Positions 45,605 to 59,327 of a stretch of 64,000 nucleotides of DNA are shown here, piece after piece. The notes under the pieces are model-generated. The model was given only the letters and a program-made list of their open reading frames with translations, was not told where the DNA came from and searched no databases. Each line of letters opens with the position of its first letter. The stretch's first letter is position 1. The stretch is from an uncultured Bacilli bacterium (lineage in GTDB: Bacteria; Bacillota_I; Bacilli_A; RF39; UBA660), in the NCBI GenBank assembly GCA_934087065.1, contig CAKOIS010000001.1, positions 46,388-110,387 on the forward strand, read 5' to 3'. The position numbers and the translations under genes are program-made.

Positions 45605-46129
45605 ATGAAATTAGAAATTGGTGACGTAATCAAGATTCACTGTTACAAGCATAACGGCATGATATATAAAACATGGGACAAAGCCATTGTACTTGATATC
45701 AAGAAAGACTTTATAGTATTGGGAAACAACAAAGTCTTAGTAACAAAAAAAGATGGAAGAAGTTGGCATACAAAAGAGCCAGCAATTATGTTCTTCTACA
45801 AAAACAGGTGGTTTAACATAATAGCGCAACTAAAAAGAAATGGACTATTTTACTATTGCAATATAGCTAGTCCTTATGTAATTGATAACGGTGTAATCAA
45901 ATATATTGATTACGACTTAGACTTAAGAGTATTTCCAGACGGTGCTTTTAAAGTATTAGATAGAAACGAATATAACTATCATAGAAAACTTATGAAGTAT
46001 CCTAAAGAAATAAACGAAATTATTAAATACGAATTAACTTCACTAATAGAAATGAAAAGAAATGGAGTTAACCCATTTAATAAAGAAACAGTAGATTACT
46101 ATTATAAGATTTATCAAAAAATCAATTAA
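45605..46129 (+). CDS. DUF402 nucleoside tri/diphosphate phosphatase (Ntdp/YgaC family)
   Basis: IKIHCYKHNGMIYKTW...REPAIMFFYKNRWFNII...YYCNIASPY...KYIDYDLDLRVFPDG closely follows the Ntdp pattern. The ATG at 45605 has an RBS. Confidence 0.85.
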   Translation: MKLEIGDVIKIHCYKHNGMIYKTWDKAIVLDIKKDFIVLGNNKVLVTKKDGRSWHTKEPAIMFFYKNRWFNIIAQLKRNGLFYYCNIASPYVIDNGVIKYIDYDLDLRVFPDGAFKVLDRNEYNYHRKLMKYPKEINEIIKYELTSLIEMKRNGVNPFNKETVDYYYKIYQKIN

Positions 46130-46217
46130 AAATAGTAATCTTTTTCTTTGCAAAACATATACTAAACTATGAAAAAATAAAAAAATGTAAAAATTTAAAT
46201 TTTTTTCAAAAAAAGTG

Positions 46218-46246
46218 TTGCATTATTTAAAAGTACGTGGTATTAT
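46218..46246 (+). promoter_or_regulatory. rRNA operon promoter P1
   Basis: A-rich UP-like tract, TTGCAT, 17 nt, TGgTATTAT. Confidence 0.55.
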
Positions 46247-46341
46247 ATTACCCGTTGGTTGTGAAAGGCCGCGGAAAATATCTACAAAATACAGCATTTC
46301 AAACAAATTTGTAAAAAAATTAAAAAATTTGAAAAAAAGTG

Positions 46342-46370
46342 TTGCATTTAACAAAAGTTAGTGGTATGAT
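46342..46370 (+). promoter_or_regulatory. rRNA operon promoter P2 (duplicate of the P1 module)
   Basis: AAAAAAGTGTTGCAT, 17 nt, TGgTATGAT, followed by the same CCCGTTGGTTG[TC]GAAA box as P1. Confidence 0.55.
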
Positions 46371-46477
46371 ATAACCCGTTGGTTGCGAAAAGCACTCAAC
46401 AAAAACCTAGAAAAAACATCGACAAAATTGATAAATGTTGAATGATGTAAAAAAATAAAAAAAAGTTAAAAAAAGTG

Positions 46478-46507
46478 TTGACTTTTAGTTCTGGGTTATG
46501 ATATATT
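46478..46507 (+). promoter_or_regulatory. rRNA operon promoter P3
   Basis: AAAAAGTGTTGACT, 18 nt, TGaTATATT. Confidence 0.45.
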
Positions 46508-46613
46508 ATATAAGCAACCGCAAATAGTAGTTGCGAAAATGATCTTTGAAAACTAAGTAAAATGAATGAGTTTTGTTAGGATAAAATAATCAATTCCAAA
46601 ATCGAATAGATTT

Positions 46614-48184
<1,571 letters not shown>

Positions 48185-48456
48185 TATGGAGTAAATACTA
48201 GTAGAAAAAGAACCGTATATATCATTCGGGGTTAGCCGTAAGGAAATATGATATGTGTAAAACTAACTAAACACATTTTACTTAGCTTTGAGAGATTATT
48301 TCTCTCAGTATTGTAATTTTTATACAATAATTGTTCTTTGAAAACTTGATAATGTGATGTTCATATTGCTCAAACGAGCAGCAATATGAAAACTTAATTT
48401 TTTGGTAATTTATTGAAAGATAAATATTAAGAAATCTCATCAAATTAGGATATAGT

Positions 48457-51377
<2,921 letters not shown>

Positions 51378-51440
51378 ATTTTAATTTGATATTTTATCAC
51401 ATTATCTTGTTTTGAGAGAACGATTATGGTATAATAATTT

Positions 51441-51546
51441 TGTAGGTGACGATAGCAAAGTGGACACACCTGTTCCCATCTCGAACACAGAAGTTAAGCA
51501 CTTTAACGGCGAAGATAGTGTAAGCGAAAATAGCAAGTTGCCTACT
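51441..51546 (+). rRNA. rrf: 5S ribosomal RNA (short, about 106 nt)
   Basis: Helix I GTAGGTGAC/GTTGCCTAC, and CCTGTTCCCATCTCGAACACAGAAGTTAAGC. The helix IV/V region is visibly shorter than in Bacillus 5S. Confidence 0.8.
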
Positions 51547-51615
51547 TTTTTTTGTGCAAAAATTTTAATAAACTATTGATTTTTATATAAAGATAATGTA
51601 TAATACAATTTACAT

Positions 51616-51692
51616 GGCGTTATTGGTGAAGTGGTTAACACGCCAGATTGTGGCTCTGGTATGCGTGGGTTCGATTCCCACATAGCGCCCCA
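51616..51692 (+). tRNA. tRNA-His (anticodon GTG) with encoded G-1 and CCA
   Basis: Hand-folded. Acceptor GCGTTAT/ATAGCGC plus G-1:C73. Anticodon stem CCAGA/TCTGG with loop TTGTGGC. T arm GTGGG-TTCGATT-CCCAC. 3' CCA. Confidence 0.9.
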
Positions 51693-51703
51693 GAATAAAA
51701 AAC

Positions 51704-51733
51704 AAACGGTTTGATTAATTCAAATCGTTTTTT
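51704..51733 (+). terminator. Rho-independent terminator of the rRNA-tRNA operon
   Basis: AAACGGTTTGA-TTAAT-TCAAATCGTTT followed by a T run. Confidence 0.6.
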
Positions 51734-51796
51734 CTGTATACACAAGAACCCGTACTAGTAATTAGCGTTATCATATAATATATTGAAGGTGATAAT

Positions 51797-52117
51797 ATGT
51801 TAAATATAACATTACTTAAAAATATACTAATAATTTCAATCGCATCCTCAATAATATCAACTTCTTTAATACAAAGAATAAAAGAAGGAACCAAATGTAA
51901 AAAACACATGTGTACAAAATGTTTCTTAATATCTATGATAATTGGTATCTTATTTAGTTTGTCTTTCACAGACTTAAAATTTTACGAAACACTATGGGTA
52001 GGATTGATAAGCTTTATTGGTGCTGATGCTGTATACAAAACATTTGAAGATAAAATATTTAAGTCATTAAGTAACATAGAAGATGCAATAACAATTGAAA
52101 GAAGTGATAAATCATGA
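51797..52117 (+). CDS. Holin-like small membrane protein (2-3 TM, charged C-terminus)
   Basis: 106 aa. TM segments ILIISIASSIISTSLI, FLISMIIGILFSLSF and LWVGLISFIGADAVY, then a highly charged tail. ATGA overlap with the downstream M23 gene. The layout is reminiscent of A118/Hol118-type holins (from memory). Confidence 0.55.
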   Translation: MLNITLLKNILIISIASSIISTSLIQRIKEGTKCKKHMCTKCFLISMIIGILFSLSFTDLKFYETLWVGLISFIGADAVYKTFEDKIFKSLSNIEDAITIERSDKS

Positions 52118-52800
52118 TGTTCAAATATCCTACAAATTATGTAGCGATTACACAATATTATAGCACATCTCATAAAGCATTGGATTTAGGTTGGAACTCT
52201 AACTATGGTGGCTCAAATATGCCGGTCCACGCGGCAGAAGATGGCACAGTAGTGGCTGTAGTAAAAAACTACAACAAAACAGATAAGGATACACCAAACT
52301 ATGGTAATTATGTAAAAATAAAGCACAACGAAGAATATCAAACACTATATGCTCATCTAGCTTATGGAAGCGTAACATTAAACGTAGGAGACACAATCAA
52401 AAAAGGAGAACAAATTGGGCTTATGGGTAACACAGGTTACTCAACAGGAAATCACTTGCATTATGAAGTCTATAAAAATGGTAACAAAATAAACCCAATT
52501 GAATGCACATACGTATATGTTGACCAAACAATATCAAAAAACACATCAGCTACAAAAGACTTGCTATTTTATAAAGAAGAATCAAAAGAAGATGACTCAA
52601 AAAACTTAGAAAAATTACAAAAACAAATTGATGACTTAACAAAAGAAAACGAGGCTCTAAAAAAAGAAAACAAAGAACTTACAGATAAAGTTAATAATTT
52701 GCAAAAATTTTCATTTTCCTATACAGCCCTAAAAACATCATACTACAAAATAAAACTATACGAAAACGAAACATTATTAATAAAGGACAACCAAAATTAG
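52114..52800 (+). CDS. Signal-less M23 peptidase with C-terminal coiled coil (endolysin-like)
   Basis: H..D (HKALDL), and GNTGYSTGNHLHYEV (HxH). No signal peptide or TM. C-terminal heptads LEKLQKQIDDLTKENEALKKENKELTDKVNNLQK. Confidence 0.8.
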   Translation: MMFKYPTNYVAITQYYSTSHKALDLGWNSNYGGSNMPVHAAEDGTVVAVVKNYNKTDKDTPNYGNYVKIKHNEEYQTLYAHLAYGSVTLNVGDTIKKGEQIGLMGNTGYSTGNHLHYEVYKNGNKINPIECTYVYVDQTISKNTSATKDLLFYKEESKEDDSKNLEKLQKQIDDLTKENEALKKENKELTDKVNNLQKFSFSYTALKTSYYKIKLYENETLLIKDNQN

Positions 52801-52805
52801 CTGTC

Positions 52806-53675
52806 CTATTTTTCTATATACAAATTAATTACTCCATCATTATTTAACTTTAAAAGCTGATTATTTATATCATTAACCACATTTCTCTTCTTTTTAGGAT
52901 GAACCAAATATCTAACATGCATACTCACATACTTGTCCATAATATCTATATAAACAATTGGATCAAGTTTATTATAATAAATTCTATAATTACTATTATT
53001 ATTTAACTCATTAACCATCTTGCTTGGTATGCTTTTTATAATATCATTATTATTAACAATACTATACAAGATGCCTTTAACCTTTCTAATATCACTATCC
53101 ACACTGACTCTAACTTCTGTCTCATTCCAAACATACTTAAAAACCTTAACATAATTAACAAGAGGCTCACTTATAACCTTAGAATTAGGAATGTGCACAA
53201 TACTACCAGTACTCTGAAAAGTATCCGCATCCACCTCCAAGACTTCAAAACTCAAATTACTTATATTAACAACATCGCCAATATGCCCACTTATCATAAT
53301 TCTATCCTCAATTTGAAATGGTTTAGTAAGTCTAATATAAATACCAGCAAAAAAGTTAATAATCGTATCCCTAAGACTATAAGCAATCGCAGCCGATACA
53401 AAACTAAAAAGCGTAATAAATTTTAACAAAAAATCTTCCCAAATAATAATACTCATTATAACCAAAAACAAATTGCATACAAAACTGACTTTTTTTCTAA
53501 AATTAAACCTAGTCTTATTTTTCTTAACAACTTTTCCAAAAAAGAAATTAAATAACCTCTCTACCATCTTTACTAAAACAAATAACAAAATTGTATCAAT
53601 TAACAAGCTTGCATAAGGCCCCTCCATACCAGTCACGCTAGAAATTAACTTGTTTAATTTATCAACATATTTCAT
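52806..53675 (-). CDS. Mechanosensitive ion channel (MscS family)
   Basis: Three TM helices followed by the MscS beta domain (IRLTKPFQIEDRIMISGHIGDVVNISNLSFEVLE...IVHIPNSKV). Confidence 0.8.
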   Translation of the reverse strand: MKYVDKLNKLISSVTGMEGPYASLLIDTILLFVLVKMVERLFNFFFGKVVKKNKTRFNFRKKVSFVCNLFLVIMSIIIWEDFLLKFITLFSFVSAAIAYSLRDTIINFFAGIYIRLTKPFQIEDRIMISGHIGDVVNISNLSFEVLEVDADTFQSTGSIVHIPNSKVISEPLVNYVKVFKYVWNETEVRVSVDSDIRKVKGILYSIVNNNDIIKSIPSKMVNELNNNSNYRIYYNKLDPIVYIDIMDKYVSMHVRYLVHPKKKRNVVNDINNQLLKLNNDGVINLYIEK

Positions 53676-53803
53676 GCTTTTCCCCTCCTTTTAAGCACAA
53701 GAACACAAATTATACCACAAATAGTATATGAAAATCAAGTAAACTACTTTAAAAAAAAACTAACTTTTGATATAATTAATCTATAATAGAAAGAGGGAAA
53801 AAA

Positions 53804-54586
53804 GTGAAAAGGATAATTACATATATAACATTAATAATAATATTTACTACGCTTGGGTTTTTAGGCCTATTTAATCAACCTAAAGAAGTACCAAATACAG
53901 ATATACTAAATAACACATACTACTTATTTAACACAAATACTGGAGAATACGAAAGTATGTTGATAACCAAAGACGTAATCGTCTCAAACGTTGCCGCACT
54001 AGACTTAAATAACTGTAGTAACTACACATATAGTGACAAAACAAAAATAGTAAAACTAAACTGTGGACGTGCATTTACAATACTATCAGGCACAACAGAC
54101 ACCCTTGCATTAAACATGAGTGACAAAACATACTATTTTTACAAAGATAAAGAAAACACATTTATAAAAGAATTCAACTCTTACTTTAATGAAAGCAAGC
54201 ATATCTTTGAAACAAACACAAATGAACTACTAAAAACAAAAAAAATAACATTTGAAAAATTAACTGAACTATTTAACACACAAGAAACTAGCTACATCTA
54301 CGTAAAACCAAACACTTGCGACTACAAATGCATGATTATAGAAAGTAGACTTAACACTCTAGAAAACTCATACTATATAGACAATAAAGACATCACAGAC
54401 TTCTCATACATAAACGAAGAAAAACTAAAAAAAGACTTGCCTTTCTTTATAATCATAACAAATACAGGAAGTTACTATGGTCAAGAAAACACAATAAGTA
54501 CAAGTAAATACATAGAATTTAGTGGCTTTCAAATGGAAGACTTAAAATCGTACCTAGGAGGAACAAATGAAGAAGAAAATAACTAA
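53804..54586 (+). CDS. Hypothetical membrane-anchored/secreted protein (260 aa)
   Basis: GTG start with an AGAGGGA RBS, N-terminal hydrophobic anchor IITYITLIIIFTTLGFLGLF, and four Cys. Its 3' end overlaps the xfp start by 20 nt. Confidence 0.55.
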   Translation: MKRIITYITLIIIFTTLGFLGLFNQPKEVPNTDILNNTYYLFNTNTGEYESMLITKDVIVSNVAALDLNNCSNYTYSDKTKIVKLNCGRAFTILSGTTDTLALNMSDKTYYFYKDKENTFIKEFNSYFNESKHIFETNTNELLKTKKITFEKLTELFNTQETSYIYVKPNTCDYKCMIIESRLNTLENSYYIDNKDITDFSYINEEKLKKDLPFFIIITNTGSYYGQENTISTSKYIEFSGFQMEDLKSYLGGTNEEENN

Positions 54587-56894
54587 AGAAGAAATTAATG
54601 AGTTAGATAGATACTTTAGATTAGCAAATTACCTTTCAGTCGGCGAGCTTTACTTACTAGATAATCCGCTACTTAATAGACCTCTTGATATAAAAGACAT
54701 AAAATCAAATGTTGTAGGTCACTGGGGAACAGCACCAGCACAAAATTTTATCTACACTCACTTACAAAGAATAATAAAAAAATATGATTTAAACATGATT
54801 TACATTTCAGGTCCAGGACATGGTGGACAAGCTATGATAGCAAACGACTATATTGATGGCTCATACGCTCATATGTATCCTGAATTTAAAGAAGGTGACG
54901 AAACATCACTAAAAAAACTATTTAAACAATTTAGCTTTCCAGGTGGAGTAGGCTCACATGTTACTCCAGAAGTTCCAGGAAGTATTAACGAAGGTGGGGA
55001 ACTTGGCTACAGCTTAAGCCATGCATATGGTGCAGTACTAGATAACCCTAACTTAATCGCGTGCTGTGTAGTTGGTGACGGTGAATCTGAAACTGGTCCA
55101 CTCGCATGTAGCTGGCAACTAAATAAACTAATAAACCCTGAAACAGACGGAATAGTTTTACCAATACTAAACCTAAACGGCTACAAAATTGCAAACCCAA
55201 CTATCTTATCAAGAATTCCAAAAGACGAGCTAATTGCATACTTTCAAGGAATGGGATACAAGCCTTACTTAGTTAAAGGCGACGACCCTAAAAAAATGCA
55301 TAAACTAATGGCTGAAACATTAGACGAAATAATATCATACATAAAAAAAATCAAAAAAGAAAGCAAAACTCATACGTTTAGACCATTCTATCCAATGATA
55401 ATACTTGAAACACCAAAAGGTTGGACTGGTCCTAAAGAAGTCGTTGGTTCATTTAAATCGCACCAAGTACCAATAATAGTAAATAAAGAAAACGCTAGTA
55501 ACTTAAAAATACTAGAAAGTTGGCTTAAAAGCTACAAACCAGAAGAATTATTTAACACTGATGGTACAATAAAAGAAGACATAAAATCGTTCTGCCCACC
55601 TTTAGAAAAAACATGTGGACTAAACCCTAGCACCAATGGTGGAATAAAAAAAGAACTAATCTTGCCTGAAAACTTAGACAAATACGCTCTAGCAATAAAA
55701 CGTGGACAAACACAAAGTGAAGACATGAGAAACCTAGGCGCATACATAAAAGATGTTGTTTCACTTAATAAAGACAACTATATGATTTTTGGCCCAGACG
55801 AAGCACTATCAAATAGACTTAATCATGTATTTGAAGCAACAACAAGAAAATGGAATACAAAAATTATAAAACAAGATGAACTACTTGGAAGAAACGGAAG
55901 AGTAATAGATAGTATATTATCAGAACACGCTTGTGAAGGAATGTTAGAAGGCTACTTACTAACGGGAAGACATGGATTTATCCACAGCTATGAGGCATTT
56001 GTAAGAATTATTGATTCAATGGTTAGTCAACATGCAAAATGGATTAAAATGTCCAAAGAAATACCTTGGAGAAAAGAAATATCAAGCTTAAACATACTAC
56101 TAACAAGCCACTGCTGGCAACAAGACCACAATGGTTTCACACATCAAGACCCAGGGTTCATTAATCACTTACTACCAAAGAAAAGTGACACAATTAGAAT
56201 ATACTTACCATTTGATACAAACACACTAATTTCAACATTTGACCATATTTCAAGAACTAAAAATTATATCAACCTAGTAGTCGCATCAAAACATAAAAGA
56301 CCACAGTGGCTAACAATGGAAGAAGCAATTAAGCACTGTACTAAAGGAATAGACGAATTATCATGGGCAAGCACAACTAATGGTAAAACTCCAGATATAG
56401 TTCTAGCCTGTGCTGGCGACACTCCAACATTAGAAGTTTTAGCTGCAGTTTCTATTCTTAAAGAAAAAAAGCCTGAATTAAAAATAAAGGTAATAAATGT
56501 TGTAGACTTAATGAAACTAGAAAGTAACGATAAACATCCACATGGTTTAACTGACAAAGAATACGATAAACTATTTACTACAAACAAACCAATATTATTT
56601 GCTTTCCATGGCTACCCTAACATAATACACGAACTAACATACAACAGAACTAACAAAGATATGCACGTAAGAGGTTACGTTGAAGAAGGAACAATAACAA
56701 CACCATTTGATATGAGAGTACTAAATAAAATAGATAGATATCACTTAATTCTAGACATAATCAAATATTTACCAAAACTTCAAAAAGATAAAAGTCTTCA
56801 AGAATATTGCGTATCTATGTTAGAAAAACACAAAAAACACATAACAGCATACGGATGTGACATGAAAGAAATAACTTCATGGAAATGGAAATAG
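54567..56894 (+). CDS. xfp: Phosphoketolase (xylulose-5-P/fructose-6-P phosphoketolase)
   Basis: YFRLANYLSVGELYLLDNPLL, GHWGT, the ThDP motif GDGESETGP, and EGGELGYSLSHAYGA. 775 aa. Confidence 0.92.
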   Translation: MKKKITKEEINELDRYFRLANYLSVGELYLLDNPLLNRPLDIKDIKSNVVGHWGTAPAQNFIYTHLQRIIKKYDLNMIYISGPGHGGQAMIANDYIDGSYAHMYPEFKEGDETSLKKLFKQFSFPGGVGSHVTPEVPGSINEGGELGYSLSHAYGAVLDNPNLIACCVVGDGESETGPLACSWQLNKLINPETDGIVLPILNLNGYKIANPTILSRIPKDELIAYFQGMGYKPYLVKGDDPKKMHKLMAETLDEIISYIKKIKKESKTHTFRPFYPMIILETPKGWTGPKEVVGSFKSHQVPIIVNKENASNLKILESWLKSYKPEELFNTDGTIKEDIKSFCPPLEKTCGLNPSTNGGIKKELILPENLDKYALAIKRGQTQSEDMRNLGAYIKDVVSLNKDNYMIFGPDEALSNRLNHVFEATTRKWNTKIIKQDELLGRNGRVIDSILSEHACEGMLEGYLLTGRHGFIHSYEAFVRIIDSMVSQHAKWIKMSKEIPWRKEISSLNILLTSHCWQQDHNGFTHQDPGFINHLLPKKSDTIRIYLPFDTNTLISTFDHISRTKNYINLVVASKHKRPQWLTMEEAIKHCTKGIDELSWASTTNGKTPDIVLACAGDTPTLEVLAAVSILKEKKPELKIKVINVVDLMKLESNDKHPHGLTDKEYDKLFTTNKPILFAFHGYPNIIHELTYNRTNKDMHVRGYVEEGTITTPFDMRVLNKIDRYHLILDIIKYLPKLQKDKSLQEYCVSMLEKHKKHITAYGCDMKEITSWKWK

Positions 56895-57107
56895 ACGTAT
56901 TTACTATTCAAAAATATTAAGAAACATATAATATACTAGGAAGACAAAAAACTTCCTAATAAATATAAATCTTCCTCCTATAACTTTAATAGGCGTCTAT
57001 AAAATAAATTTTTAAAATAATAACTCCTTAAAGGGAGTTTTAAAATTATGAAAGAAACCCAGTGTTTCTTTTCTTTTATATAAGTGTTATAATTATCATG
57101 AAAAGAG

Positions 57108-57395
57108 ATGATTATCATGAGATTAAATGGAAAAGATATTAACATAGAAGACATAATAACTGAAGTAGATATAGATGCAAATATACCTAAAAAAAGAAAC
57201 AACAACTTAGTCCTAAGAGACTCTCAAATAGAAGTACTAAAAAAATATAACATAAATTATGAAACTCACACTTCACTAAAAAGTCTTATATTTGAAATAG
57301 AAGAAATACTAAACTACGAAACAGACCTAGAAGACTTAGAACAACTTAGCGAAGAATTAGAAGAAATGAGTTACTACAATTACACAAATAAATAG
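57108..57395 (+). CDS. Hypothetical small acidic protein (92-95 aa)
   Basis: An ORF with two possible ATG starts (57108 or 57117) and a Glu/Leu-rich C-terminus. No family recognised. Confidence 0.45.
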   Translation: MIIMRLNGKDINIEDIITEVDIDANIPKKRNNNLVLRDSQIEVLKKYNINYETHTSLKSLIFEIEEILNYETDLEDLEQLSEELEEMSYYNYTNK

Positions 57396-57476
57396 TTTTT
57401 CACAAAAGTTATACATATTTATCACAGGACTTTCACATAATTATTGGATAATTATAAACAGAAAGGAGAAATAAGT

Positions 57477-59231
57477 ATGAAAAGATATTTAAAAAATATA
57501 ATAATTATAGTCTTAATAGGCTTAACTTGTACAGGAATATACTTTACAATGGATTATATAAAAGATAATCAAGTAACTTCAAATGACAAAACTATGGAAG
57601 GCATGACACCACCCGATATGACTAACAATGAAATGCAAAAACCAAGTGGCGATAGTTCTTCACTTACAGAAAAACCAGACGGAAGTACTGATAATATAGG
57701 CGAGCCACCATCCAAACCTGATGAAAATAACTCTTCTATGCCAAACTTCCAAAACTCCTCTAATACTTTGGAAACAAAATACATATTAATATTTGGCGTA
57801 GAAAGCCTAGTCCTAGCAGTCCTAATAAGCTACCTAATAATGTCTAATCTAAACAAAAAGACAATTAAAGAAACTTTTGTAACAAGTGACAAAATAATCA
57901 TATACGTATTACTTACAATAGTCTTAACTGGTGCTTTCACATTTACTGACAAGCTTGTAACAGAAAACTACTTTCTAAATACAGGCGAAACCAACAAAGA
58001 AAAGCCAAACGATAACCAAGGCTCAACAATAAATACAAACACAACATACAAAGCTGCTACTGAAATAACTAGCGACACTACAATAAAAGATAAAGATTAC
58101 ACTTCAACTGAAAGTGACGAAAACGCTCTTCTTATAAATGGAAAAGTATCTGTAACAGCAAGTGATATAGAAGTAACTAAAACAGGAGACTCTGATGGCG
58201 GCGACGCTACTTCATTTTATGGCACAAACTCAGCTATCTTAGCAAAAGGAGGAAGTACTTTAACAATAAAAAATGCTACTATCACAACAAATGCAACTGG
58301 TGCTAACGGAGTATTCAGTTATGGTGGTTCAGCTACTACAAACAATACAAACTCAGATGGAACAACAGTAAATATTTCTGACTCAACAATAACCACAACA
58401 AAAGATAACTCAGGCGGAATAATGACTACAGGTGGCGGAACAACCAGTGCTACAAACCTAACTATCAAAACATCAGGCACATCTTCTGCTGCAATAAGAA
58501 CTGACCGTGGAGGAGGTACTGTAACAGTTAACAAAGGTACCTACACAACAAATGGAAAAGGTTCTCCTACCGTTTACTCAACTGCTGATGTGACTGTCAA
58601 AAATGCAACTCTTACATCTACAAAAAGTGAAGGCATTGTAATTGAAGGAAAAAATAGTGTAACTCTAGAAAACGTTAAACTTACAAGCACAAATAACACT
58701 CTAAACGGAAAAAGTACAACATACAAAGGTATCTTCTTATATCAGTCAATGAGTGGAGACGCACAAGATGGAACAAGTTCGTTTACTAGTAAAAACAGCG
58801 AAATAATAACTAACAAAGGAGACACATTCTATGTAACAAACACATCAAGCGTAATAAACTTAACAAATAACACAATAACAAATAAAGACACAACAGGTGC
58901 TTTCCTAAGAATTCAAAAAGACTCGTGGGGATCAACAGGCGCAAATGGTGGGTATGTTACATTAAATATGACAAACCAAACAGCATCAGGAGATATTATT
59001 GTAGACGAATTATCAACACTAAAAATGAACCTTTCAGAAAAAAGTAGCTTTACTGGTTCCATTAACACTGACAACACAGCAAAAAGTATAACTCTTAAAC
59101 TAGACAAAACTTCAACACTAAAACTAACTGCTGATACGTACGTTACAAGCCTAGACAATATAGATGAGACAAACTCAAACATAGACTTCAATGGCTACAA
59201 ATTATACGTTAACAACAAAAGCATAAACTAA
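57477..59231 (+). CDS. Membrane-anchored surface protein with Thr-rich right-handed beta-helix-like repeats (Cthe_2159-type carbohydrate-binding domain family)
   Basis: ATG at 57477 preceded by AAAGGAGA. N-terminal TM, a Pro/Ser-rich linker, two further hydrophobic segments, then repeated (V/I)T(V/I)xN(A/G)T(I/L)T blocks and GGxTxSAxNLTI-like turns. Confidence 0.7.
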   Translation: MKRYLKNIIIIVLIGLTCTGIYFTMDYIKDNQVTSNDKTMEGMTPPDMTNNEMQKPSGDSSSLTEKPDGSTDNIGEPPSKPDENNSSMPNFQNSSNTLETKYILIFGVESLVLAVLISYLIMSNLNKKTIKETFVTSDKIIIYVLLTIVLTGAFTFTDKLVTENYFLNTGETNKEKPNDNQGSTINTNTTYKAATEITSDTTIKDKDYTSTESDENALLINGKVSVTASDIEVTKTGDSDGGDATSFYGTNSAILAKGGSTLTIKNATITTNATGANGVFSYGGSATTNNTNSDGTTVNISDSTITTTKDNSGGIMTTGGGTTSATNLTIKTSGTSSAAIRTDRGGGTVTVNKGTYTTNGKGSPTVYSTADVTVKNATLTSTKSEGIVIEGKNSVTLENVKLTSTNNTLNGKSTTYKGIFLYQSMSGDAQDGTSSFTSKNSEIITNKGDTFYVTNTSSVINLTNNTITNKDTTGAFLRIQKDSWGSTGANGGYVTLNMTNQTASGDIIVDELSTLKMNLSEKSSFTGSINTDNTAKSITLKLDKTSTLKLTADTYVTSLDNIDETNSNIDFNGYKLYVNNKSIN

Positions 59232-59239
59232 CAAACTAA

Positions 59240-59272
59240 ATGTTAATAACTCCAAAATTATTAACATTTTTT
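59240..59272 (+). terminator. Rho-independent terminator
   Basis: ATGTTAATAA - 8 nt - TTATTAACAT followed by TTTTTT. Confidence 0.65.
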
Positions 59273-59327
59273 CTTTATAGAAAACACTACTTATGATATA
59301 ATATTAACAAGAATAGGAAGTGAAGTC

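Noticed and set aside
51693-53800. A complete prophage integrated at tRNA-His.
   Set aside because: Only a holin-like and an M23 gene are present. No integrase, repressor, structural or packaging genes are visible, I could not spot a repeat of the tRNA 3' end, and the next gene is a chromosomal mscS.
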